The notes beneath the pieces are model-generated. The model searched no databases and was not told where the DNA came from. It saw only the letters and a list, made by a program, of their open reading frames with translations. This document shows positions 23,165 to 31,154 of a DNA stretch of 32,000 nt, in pieces. The stretch comes from Mycobacterium tuberculosis H37Rv (GTDB lineage Bacteria; Actinomycetota; Actinomycetes; Mycobacteriales; Mycobacteriaceae): contig NC_000962.3 in NCBI RefSeq assembly GCF_000195955.2, positions 150,001 to 182,000 on the forward strand, read 5' to 3'. Within the stretch, counting starts at the first letter, position 1, and each line of letters starts with the position of its first letter. Position numbers and translations under genes: made by a program.

Positions 23165-23180
23165 ATATATCCGGATATAT
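23165..23180. promoter_or_regulatory. 16-bp perfect AT-rich palindrome ATATATCCGGATATAT upstream of the aldehyde dehydrogenase gene
   Basis: Direct reading. It lies in the 94-bp Rv0146-Rv0147 gap, 57 bp upstream of ATG 23238. Confidence 0.5.
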
Positions 23181-23237
23181 GGCTGGATCTTTTCTATTGC
23201 TGGTTCAACCGGGTGACTAGGATCGCGGTTATCACCG

Positions 23238-24758
23238 ATGAGTGACCGCGTCAAGGCGGTCGCGCCGCCGGACGGAAGGACGATGATGACCACCGAATCG
23301 GTTGCCCGGAAGACCCAGAAATCTGAGACCGAGGCTCCGCGCGAACCGGCGCCCGTTTCGGATGAAAAGCAAACCGATGTCGCTAAAACGGTGGCTCGGC
23401 TGCGAAAGACCTTTGCCAGCGGGCGTACCCGCAGCGTCGAGTGGCGCAAGCAGCAGTTGCGCGCGCTACAGAAGTTGATGGACGAGAACGAGGACGCGAT
23501 CGCCGCGGCACTCGCCGAGGATCTGGATCGCAATCCGTTCGAGGCATACCTCGCTGACATCGCGACGACCTCCGCCGAAGCGAAATACGCGGCCAAGCGG
23601 GTGCGCAGGTGGATGCGGCGCCGCTACCTGCTGCTCGAGGTGCCGCAGCTGCCCGGCCGCGGCTGGGTGGAGTACGAGCCATATGGCACCGTGCTAATCA
23701 TCGGTGCCTGGAACTACCCGTTCTACCTGACCCTGGGTCCGGCGGTCGGAGCCATTGCCGCTGGAAACGCCGTCGTGCTCAAACCGTCGGAAATCGCCGC
23801 TGCATCGGCGCACTTGATGACCGAATTGGTGTATCGCTATCTCGACACCGAAGCGATCGCGGTCGTGCAGGGCGATGGTGCGGTGAGTCAGGAGCTGATC
23901 GCTCAGGGTTTCGACCGCGTGATGTTCACCGGTGGCACCGAGATCGGCCGCAAGGTCTACGAAGGCGCCGCGCCGCACCTGACCCCGGTCACCCTCGAGC
24001 TCGGCGGCAAGAGCCCGGTGATCGTCGCGGCCGATGCCGATGTAGATGTCGCGGCCAAGCGGATCGCCTGGATCAAACTGCTCAACGCCGGGCAGACATG
24101 CGTTGCACCCGACTATGTGCTGGCGGATGCCACCGTCCGCGACGAGCTGGTCAGCAAGATCACCGCGGCCCTCACCAAGTTCCGCTCCGGTGCGCCGCAG
24201 GGCATGCGCATCGTCAACCAGCGTCAATTCGACCGGCTGAGTGGATACCTCGCCGCAGCGAAAACCGACGCTGCAGCCGACGGCGGCGGGGTCGTCGTGG
24301 GCGGCGACTGTGACGCATCGAACCTGCGCATCCAACCCACCGTGGTCGTCGATCCCGACCCGGACGGGCCGTTGATGAGCAACGAGATCTTCGGACCGAT
24401 CCTGCCGGTGGTCACCGTCAAATCTCTGGACGACGCGATTCGCTTCGTGAACTCGCGGCCCAAGCCGCTATCGGCGTACCTGTTCACTAAGTCGCGTGCG
24501 GTTCGCGAGCGGGTGATCAGGGAGGTGCCGGCGGGCGGAATGATGGTTAACCATTTGGCTTTTCAGGTGTCGACGGCCAAACTGCCGTTCGGTGGTGTCG
24601 GCGCATCGGGCATGGGTGCCTACCACGGCCGTTGGGGTTTCGAGGAGTTCAGCCACCGTAAGTCGGTGTTGACCAAACCAACCCGACCCGACCTGTCCAG
24701 CTTTATCTACCCGCCGTACACCGAGCGCGCCATCAAGGTGGCTCGCCGGCTGTTCTGA
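23238..24758 (+). CDS. Aldehyde dehydrogenase (NAD-dependent)
   Basis: 506 aa. VTLELGGKSPVIVA (catalytic Glu) and LNAGQTCVAPDYV (catalytic Cys). Matches Rv0147. Confidence 0.95.
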   Translation: MSDRVKAVAPPDGRTMMTTESVARKTQKSETEAPREPAPVSDEKQTDVAKTVARLRKTFASGRTRSVEWRKQQLRALQKLMDENEDAIAAALAEDLDRNPFEAYLADIATTSAEAKYAAKRVRRWMRRRYLLLEVPQLPGRGWVEYEPYGTVLIIGAWNYPFYLTLGPAVGAIAAGNAVVLKPSEIAAASAHLMTELVYRYLDTEAIAVVQGDGAVSQELIAQGFDRVMFTGGTEIGRKVYEGAAPHLTPVTLELGGKSPVIVAADADVDVAAKRIAWIKLLNAGQTCVAPDYVLADATVRDELVSKITAALTKFRSGAPQGMRIVNQRQFDRLSGYLAAAKTDAAADGGGVVVGGDCDASNLRIQPTVVVDPDPDGPLMSNEIFGPILPVVTVKSLDDAIRFVNSRPKPLSAYLFTKSRAVRERVIREVPAGGMMVNHLAFQVSTAKLPFGGVGASGMGAYHGRWGFEEFSHRKSVLTKPTRPDLSSFIYPPYTERAIKVARRLF

Positions 24759-24832
24759 CCTGGGCGCGGGTTGTCGCCCCGTTGACACCCGACTCGTTAT
24801 AACCCCGAATTGTGATTGCGGAGAGGAGCCTG

Positions 24833-25693
24833 ATGCCCGGAGTGCAAGATCGCGTCATCGTCGTTACTGGAGCCGGCGGTGGCTTGGGCCGCGAATACGC
24901 CCTTACGCTCGCCGGGGAGGGCGCCAGCGTCGTGGTCAACGACCTCGGTGGCGCCCGCGACGGCACGGGCGCCGGTTCGGCGATGGCCGATGAGGTCGTC
25001 GCCGAGATTCGCGACAAGGGGGGCCGGGCGGTCGCCAACTACGACAGCGTCGCCACCGAGGACGGCGCAGCGAACATCATCAAGACCGCGCTTGACGAAT
25101 TCGGCGCCGTGCACGGTGTGGTGAGCAACGCCGGGATCTTGCGCGACGGCACCTTCCACAAGATGTCGTTCGAGAATTGGGACGCCGTGCTTAAGGTGCA
25201 CCTTTATGGCGGATACCACGTGCTACGCGCGGCCTGGCCGCATTTCCGTGAGCAGAGTTACGGCCGGGTCGTGGTGGCGACCTCCACCAGCGGGCTGTTC
25301 GGCAACTTCGGCCAGACCAACTATGGGGCGGCCAAGCTTGGTCTGGTCGGCCTGATCAATACGCTGGCGCTGGAGGGAGCCAAGTACAACATCCACGCCA
25401 ATGCTCTTGCCCCGATCGCGGCGACCAGGATGACCCAGGACATCCTGCCGCCCGAAGTACTGGAAAAGCTCACACCCGAGTTCGTCGCACCGGTGGTGGC
25501 CTACCTGTGCACCGAGGAGTGTGCCGACAACGCATCGGTGTACGTCGTCGGTGGTGGCAAGGTGCAGCGAGTTGCGCTGTTTGGCAACGACGGCGCCAAC
25601 TTCGACAAACCGCCGTCGGTACAAGATGTTGCGGCGCGGTGGGCCGAGATCACCGATCTGTCCGGTGCGAAAATTGCTGGATTCAAGTTGTAG
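24833..25693 (+). CDS. Short-chain dehydrogenase/reductase (hydroxyacyl-CoA dehydrogenase type)
   Basis: 286 aa from MPGVQDRVIVVTGAGGGLGREYAL. NNYGAAK-like catalytic motif (TNYGAAKLG). Matches Rv0148. Confidence 0.94.
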   Translation: MPGVQDRVIVVTGAGGGLGREYALTLAGEGASVVVNDLGGARDGTGAGSAMADEVVAEIRDKGGRAVANYDSVATEDGAANIIKTALDEFGAVHGVVSNAGILRDGTFHKMSFENWDAVLKVHLYGGYHVLRAAWPHFREQSYGRVVVATSTSGLFGNFGQTNYGAAKLGLVGLINTLALEGAKYNIHANALAPIAATRMTQDILPPEVLEKLTPEFVAPVVAYLCTEECADNASVYVVGGGKVQRVALFGNDGANFDKPPSVQDVAARWAEITDLSGAKIAGFKL

Positions 25694-25699
25694 AAGTAA

Positions 25700-26668
25700 A
25701 TGAAGGCTTGTGTCGTAAAAGAACTTTCCGGCCCGTCCGGCATGGTGTACACCGACATCGACGAGGTATCCGGTGACGGCGGAAAGGTTGTTATCGACGT
25801 ACGGGCCGCCGGCGTCTGCTTTCCGGACCTGCTGCTGACCAAGGGCGAGTATCAACTGAAGCTAACGCCGCCGTTCGTGCCCGGCATGGAAACGGCGGGT
25901 GTGGTGCGTTCGGCGCCGTCGGATGCGGGTTTTCATGTGGGCGAACGTGTTTCAGCATTCGGAGTGCTCGGCGGCTACGCCGAACAAATAGCCGTACCGG
26001 TGGCCAATGTGGTTCGCAGCCCCGTCGAGCTCGATGACGCCGGGGCGGTGTCGCTGTTGGTGAACTACAACACCATGTACTTCGCCCTGGCTCGGCGTGC
26101 CGCGCTGCGACCGGGAGACACCGTGCTGGTGCTCGGCGCCGCCGGCGGAGTGGGCACGGCCGCCGTCCAGATCGCGAAGGCGATGCAGGCTGGCAAGGTG
26201 ATAGCCATGGTGCACCGCGAAGGTGCGATCGACTATGTCGCTTCGCTCGGTGCCGACGTGGTGCTTCCGCTGACCGAGGGCTGGGCTCAGCAGGTGCGTG
26301 ACCACACCTACGGTCAGGGGGTGGACATCGTCGTCGATCCCATCGGCGGACCGACATTCGACGACGCGCTCGGCGTGCTGGCGATCGACGGCAAGTTATT
26401 GTTGATCGGCTTTGCCGCGGGTGCTGTACCGACCCTCAAGGTCAACCGGCTGCTGGTGCGCAATATCAGCGTGGTGGGCGTCGGGTGGGGCGAGTATCTC
26501 AACGCGGTTCCCGGTTCGGCCGCCTTGTTCGCCTGGGGGCTAAACCAGCTGGTCTTTCTGGGGCTCAGACCGCCTCCGCCGCAACGCTATCCGTTGTCGG
26601 AAGCACAGGCCGCGTTGCAGAGTCTGGACGACGGCGGTGTGCTCGGCAAGGTTGTGCTCGAGCCCTAA
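25700..26668 (+). CDS. Zinc-independent quinone oxidoreductase (MDR/QOR family)
   Basis: 322 aa. VLGAAGGVGTAAVQIAKAM, GROES-like N-terminus. ATG is 6 nt after the upstream stop. Matches Rv0149. Confidence 0.94.
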   Translation: MKACVVKELSGPSGMVYTDIDEVSGDGGKVVIDVRAAGVCFPDLLLTKGEYQLKLTPPFVPGMETAGVVRSAPSDAGFHVGERVSAFGVLGGYAEQIAVPVANVVRSPVELDDAGAVSLLVNYNTMYFALARRAALRPGDTVLVLGAAGGVGTAAVQIAKAMQAGKVIAMVHREGAIDYVASLGADVVLPLTEGWAQQVRDHTYGQGVDIVVDPIGGPTFDDALGVLAIDGKLLLIGFAAGAVPTLKVNRLLVRNISVVGVGWGEYLNAVPGSAALFAWGLNQLVFLGLRPPPPQRYPLSEAQAALQSLDDGGVLGKVVLEP

Positions 26669-26952
26669 GCGCATGCTCGCGATTCGGCGATACGGTGATG
26701 CTGTGACGGATCGGCGGGCCAACACGAGGAATTCGCACCCGCTGCCGGCGTGACCAACGCCACGCTGGCAGCAATCGGGTATCCGATCGCGTTGGCCAGC
26801 AAGCTGTTGGCGATATCGGCCGTCGAAAGCACAACCGCGTAGCCGTCCGCAACCACAGTGGAAATGGTGCTGGCGATCTTGGTGTGCGCGAGCGCTTCGA
26901 TGCCAGGGTCAGGGAGCCCGGTGGGCGCCCGGTCGTCGGGCAACGTCAGCAT
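26665..26952 (-). pseudogene. Hypothetical ORF (matches Rv0150c); C-terminal fragment of a degenerate PE/PE-PPE-type gene
   Basis: 95 aa. TKIASTISTVVADGYAVVLSTADIANSLLANAIGYPIAASVALV aligns with PE2 LARIISTNYAVLLPTVDIALALVT...LINAIGYPLAATVGL and with PE1. Confidence 0.65.
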
Positions 26953-27235
26953 CGACGAGCCGCCGGTCTGTGACAAGTTCGCCAACAACGGATTGGGCAG
27001 CCACGCCGGTACCTGGCGCGGATGTGGTGCACGAACGCGTTGACATATTGGGGGCTCTTCGCGGATGAGGGTGTAGGGCGGGTCGGCGCGTCGTTGCCGG
27101 GTAGGGGTCGCGGTCTTTCGATGATGGGCGGTTCCACGCTGCCGAAAAGGAAGACCTCGGCGTGTCTGCCCGAGGCACTAGGTCGCAAGGGTAACCGAGG
27201 GTGCACGTTGACGGGGTGAGGCCAAGCGGGCGCCG

Positions 27236-27287
27236 AGCGTGAACTGAGGGCGAGATTTCGGCCGATTCTCCGCCCTCAGTTCACGCT
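27236..27287. repeat. Perfect 17-bp inverted repeat with 18-nt loop
   Basis: AGCGTGAACTGAGGGCG (27236-27252) and CGCCCTCAGTTCACGCT (27271-27287). Confidence 0.9.
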
Positions 27288-27459
27288 GGGCGACGGCGCC
27301 AACGGGCTGCCCCTGGCCGGTCGCACCAAGACGCCGCATACGTACCAAACTTCCCATACTCACCCATCGCGGTGAACCCCAAACCCAGTGCCGGCCACCA
27401 TTGGCCTTCCCGATGGATTGGTGCCAGCAGCAACCGGCATCATCGAAAACCGGCTCTTC

Positions 27460-27530
27460 ATGATCGAGGGCCGGCAGCGGCTCGAGCAGCGGCAGGCCGG
27501 GGTGATCACGTAGTAGTGCTGAATGACCCG
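27460..27530 (-). pseudogene. Short remnant of a PE-PPE hydrolase domain downstream of PE1
   Basis: Reverse strand reads YYVIT, then after a frameshift GLPLLEPLPAL, matching PE1 YYIIETEHLPLLAPLRAI and PE2 YYIIRTENRPLLQPLRAV. Confidence 0.55.
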
Positions 27531-27542
27531 AGCATCGGGCGA

Positions 27543-29309
27543 TCAGATGCTGAAGCTTTGCAGTTGCTGAGTAATGTCGGCCAACGTCACCACAATCGCG
27601 ATGAATTCAATCATGCCGCCCAGGGCGGCCAACCCAATGGTGGCCGCGAGCGGCAGCTCGATCGCAGCGCGGAGGTTGCCGGCCGCCAGTTGATTCACGA
27701 ACAGGGTGAGGTCATAGGCGGGCAGGATAGTGACGAAGGCAAGACCTAGATCTGCCGTCGGAAGAAGAATCGAGTAGCCGGTCGACACAACGGAAGCGAA
27801 AGTGTCCGCGATGTTGATGAGCGTCGCCGGTTGTGGCGGCGGTGGCGGCGGTAGCAGCGTCGGCACATACGGCGGGAACGCGGGCATCGGAGTTTGGGGC
27901 AGGGTGTTCAGGGCGGCTGGCAACTCGACCATGAAGTCGTTGACGCCCTGTTGCGTTCCGGCAACCAGGGCATCGGCGACAACGCTCGCCGGGACATCCG
28001 GGAAGAGCCCGAATGGGGTAGGCACGTTCGCCGGGCTCGTCGAATAGCCGAACCTCGGGTCGCCGTAACCCAGATTGACGATTACTTCCAAGTTCGGTTC
28101 GACCAGCGCCGCCAGCGGTGGGCCAATGACCGGGATTGCCCGCAACGGGGCCAGCAGCGGCAGATGCTCGGTTTCAATGATGTAGTACGTGTTCGACGTC
28201 GTGCCCTGTGTCGGCAACTGCGTGGCCGACGCTATCTGTGCCGGTGTGAGGTCCGCATACGTGGTGTGCACCGTGAGTATCCCGAATACTGCGTTGATAT
28301 CGGACAGGACATTGAGTGGATACCGCGGGAAGTCGGCGAAACCGTCGTACTCGAGGGTGTAGGTCGTCGTCGGATAGGGATTGTCCGGGGTCGCCCCGTA
28401 GAACGGTAGGCCGAGGGTGGTGACATTCAGACCGGGTATGCGCGCAAGTATCCCGCCATTGGGATTCATCTCGTTGCCGATCAAGATGAAATTGAGCTGG
28501 CTGGGGCTGGGAGCGTTGGGACCCAGCGAGATGAGGTGCTGCATTTCCAGGGACGCGATGACGGCGCTCTGCGAATAGCCGAACACGGTGACGTGGTTTC
28601 CGGCGTTGATTTGCTCCCAAATCGCGCCGTCGAGAATCTGTAGGCCCAACTGCACCGAGGTTTGGAAGGGCAGGGATTTGACGCCGGTGATCGGATATAG
28701 CTCTTCGGGCGTCACCAGCGCTTTGACGACCGGATTCGAGACGACGGGGTCGATGAACAAGGTCGTGATGGCGTTGACATAACTCGGCGTGGGTATCGGT
28801 GACCCGGTGCCGCCCATGATGATCGCCGTATTTTGGTTGAACATTGGCGGTAGCACCGGGGGTGAGGTTGGCTTAAAGAGTCCGGCCGTCGCCTCCTGCA
28901 CCAGCGCGCTCGTGTTGGTGGCCTCGGCATTGACAAATGCGTTTGCGGCCGCCGCCAACCTCTGGGTGAATTCGTTGTGAAACGCCGCAACCTGTGCGCT
29001 GATCGCCTGGAACTGCTGGCCGTACGCGCCGAACAGCGTGGCAAGGGCCGTGGACACTTCGTCCGCGGCAGCCGCCGCCAGGCCGGTTGTCGGGGCCGCG
29101 ACGGCCGCCGTAGCCTGGTTGATCGCCGAGCCGATCCCGGCCAAATCGGTAGCCGCCGCTGCCAATACCGACGGCTGCGCGAATACGTACGACAAACCCC
29201 ATCCCTCCTTGTCGACGGGGCCCATAACCCACCCGTCGAGCCGATACGTTGAGCGTAAAGCGACTCCGCGGTTGTGTCTGGCCTTTGGAGTGAACCCAAA
29301 TGGGGCCAT
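27543..29309 (-). CDS. PE1: PE family protein with C-terminal PE-PPE (serine hydrolase-like) domain
   Basis: 588 aa as annotated. PE domain SYVFAQPSVLAAAATDLAGIGSAI and hydrolase motif VFGYSQSAVIASLEMQ. The start is probably internal (see findings). Matches Rv0151c. Confidence 0.93.
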   Translation of the reverse strand: MAPFGFTPKARHNRGVALRSTYRLDGWVMGPVDKEGWGLSYVFAQPSVLAAAATDLAGIGSAINQATAAVAAPTTGLAAAAADEVSTALATLFGAYGQQFQAISAQVAAFHNEFTQRLAAAANAFVNAEATNTSALVQEATAGLFKPTSPPVLPPMFNQNTAIIMGGTGSPIPTPSYVNAITTLFIDPVVSNPVVKALVTPEELYPITGVKSLPFQTSVQLGLQILDGAIWEQINAGNHVTVFGYSQSAVIASLEMQHLISLGPNAPSPSQLNFILIGNEMNPNGGILARIPGLNVTTLGLPFYGATPDNPYPTTTYTLEYDGFADFPRYPLNVLSDINAVFGILTVHTTYADLTPAQIASATQLPTQGTTSNTYYIIETEHLPLLAPLRAIPVIGPPLAALVEPNLEVIVNLGYGDPRFGYSTSPANVPTPFGLFPDVPASVVADALVAGTQQGVNDFMVELPAALNTLPQTPMPAFPPYVPTLLPPPPPPQPATLINIADTFASVVSTGYSILLPTADLGLAFVTILPAYDLTLFVNQLAAGNLRAAIELPLAATIGLAALGGMIEFIAIVVTLADITQQLQSFSI

Positions 29310-29318
29310 GCTGCCTCG

Positions 29319-30896
29319 TCATTGGCGAGGTCGGTAAACGGTAGTCGGTGGACGTCGATGCCGTCGGGAATCCGTTAGGTGACGAGGCCCTCGATGTTTC
29401 GAACGGTGTCCGAGGCCGCCGCGAGGAGGGTGAGCAATTCCACGCCGCCCGCTATCGATCGTGCCTAAACCTACGGTGGCCGCCAGGGGATAGCCGATCG
29501 CGTTGATCAGATTGCCCGCAGCGAGTTGCCTGACGAACAGTTGGGTGGTGTACAGCGGCAGGGTGGTGACCAGGGCGAGGGCGATGTCCACGGTGGGCAG
29601 CAGGACGGCGTAGTTGGTTGAGATGATCCTGGCGAGCGTGTTCACCACCTCGGCCGGCGTCGGTGCGGCGGCCACCGCGGCCACCAGATCGGCGGGTTGC
29701 GGCAGCTGGATCTGCGGGAGCGTGAGCGGTTGCGCGGACAGCGCCTGCAGGTCGGCCGTGAAGTCAAGGATGCCTTCTTGTGTTCCGGCGGCCAGGGCAT
29801 CGGCGATGACCTGAGGCGGCACGTTCGGCCACAGCCCGAACGGCGTTCGCACATCGGCGTAGCTCGTCGAGTAGCCGTAGTTCGGGTCGCCGTAGCCCAG
29901 GTTGACGATCACCTTCAGGTTCGGCTGGATCAGGTCGGCCAGCGGATCTCCGATGACCGGCACCGCCCGCAGCGGTTGCAGCAGCGGCCGATTCTCGGTG
30001 CGGATGATGTAGTAGTCGGTGACCCCCGTATAGCCCGGCGACGTCGGTAATTTAGTAGCGCCCTCGACCTGCGCGGGCGTGAGGTCCAAATACTTGGTGT
30101 GTACGAATGTGATGCCTGCAACCGCGTTGAGGTCGGAAATGAAGTTGAGCGGGTATCGCGAGAAGTCGGCGAACCCGTCGTACTCGAGCGTGTAGATGGC
30201 CGTCGGATAGATCGTGTCCGAGGGCGTTGCGCCATAGAACGTCAGGTCCAGAGTCGGAAGCGTCAGATCCGGGAACCGCGCGAGCATACCGCCATTGGGG
30301 TTCATTTCATTGCCGACAAGCACGAAATTGAGGTCGCTCGCCGAAGGTGCGGCCCCGCCCATCGCCGTGAACCTCTGCATCTCCAGCGACGCGATTATGG
30401 CGCTTTGCGACCAGCCGAAAACGGTGACCGCGTTTCCGGTGGTCGCGAGCTCTACCATGATCGCGTCGTGCAAGATGGTCAAGCCCTCTTCCACTGACGT
30501 GTTGAGGACCAAACTTCTGACACCGGTGAGTGGGTACAACTCTTCGGGTGTGAAGACGGCTTGTAGCGCCCGCCGAACGGACCTACAGCGTATTGGCGGC
30601 GTCAACATAGACGGCGGTGGTAGTGGAATTCCGGTGGGCCCAAAGAACAAGGTGGTCAAGTTCGCCGGGAATGGCGGAATCATCGCGGCCGCCGCGGGGG
30701 TTGGTGCGGCGGCGGGCACAGCCAGCTGATTTTGCCGGGTGCTGGCGATGGCGGCCTCGGCATCTGCGTAGCTGTTCGCCGCGGCGGCCAACGTCTGGTG
30801 GAACCTAACTGTGAAACGCCTCGACTTGAGCGAGCACGGCCTGGTATTCCTGGCCGTATGCGCCGAACGGTTTCGCGATGGCGGCCGACACCTCAT
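29319..30896 (-). CDS. PE2: PE family protein with PE-PPE domain, as conventionally annotated (525 aa); the frame appears damaged
   Basis: VFGWSQSAIIASLEMQ and YYIIRTENRPLLQPLRAVPVIG are homologous to PE1, but the annotated N-terminus (MRCRPPSRNRSAHTARN) is not PE-like. Matches Rv0152c. Confidence 0.8.
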   Translation of the reverse strand: MRCRPPSRNRSAHTARNTRPCSLKSRRFTVRFHQTLAAAANSYADAEAAIASTRQNQLAVPAAAPTPAAAAMIPPFPANLTTLFFGPTGIPLPPPSMLTPPIRCRSVRRALQAVFTPEELYPLTGVRSLVLNTSVEEGLTILHDAIMVELATTGNAVTVFGWSQSAIIASLEMQRFTAMGGAAPSASDLNFVLVGNEMNPNGGMLARFPDLTLPTLDLTFYGATPSDTIYPTAIYTLEYDGFADFSRYPLNFISDLNAVAGITFVHTKYLDLTPAQVEGATKLPTSPGYTGVTDYYIIRTENRPLLQPLRAVPVIGDPLADLIQPNLKVIVNLGYGDPNYGYSTSYADVRTPFGLWPNVPPQVIADALAAGTQEGILDFTADLQALSAQPLTLPQIQLPQPADLVAAVAAAPTPAEVVNTLARIISTNYAVLLPTVDIALALVTTLPLYTTQLFVRQLAAGNLINAIGYPLAATVGLGTIDSGRRGIAHPPRGGLGHRSKHRGPRHLTDSRRHRRPPTTVYRPRQ

Positions 30897-31029
30897 CGCC
30901 GGCCGCCGCGGCCAGTGCACACGTCGGGCCTGCCGCGGCCGCGCCGGCCGTACTCACGGCCGAACCGATTCCTGCCACCTCGGCGGCGGCCGCCGCTACG
31001 ATCCGCGGCTCAGCGATCAGATACGACAT
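30805..31029 (-). other. Canonical PE N-terminal domain of PE2 in a different frame from the annotated CDS
   Basis: 74 aa: MSYLIAEPRIVAAAAAEVAGIGSAVSTAGAAAAGPTCALAAAAGDEVSAAIAKPFGAYGQEYQAVLAQVEAFHS*, with SD-like GGGGAG 7 nt upstream of the ATG at 31029. Confidence 0.85.
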
Positions 31030-31154
31030 CGTCTCACTCCCCTAGCACCAGGTGTCGGCCAACCGGGTCAACCCGGGGTTTTGGTCAGCCCAGAGCGGTC
31101 CCGCTGCCCTGGTGGTCGCTTACGCGAATCGGATTCGCGCGAAAGCGTTTCCCC

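Noticed and set aside
24782-24803. TTGACA ... TATAAC as a sigma70-type promoter for the SDR gene
   Set aside because: The spacer is only 10 nt, so the pair cannot act as a standard -35/-10; TATAAC alone is weak evidence.
26565-26852. 95-aa reverse ORF (MRTATRLCFRRP...) as the real hypothetical gene between Rv0149 and PE1
   Set aside because: It overlaps the 3' end of the quinone oxidoreductase by about 100 bp and has no PE similarity. The 26665-26952 frame has clear similarity to the PE1 and PE2 C-termini.
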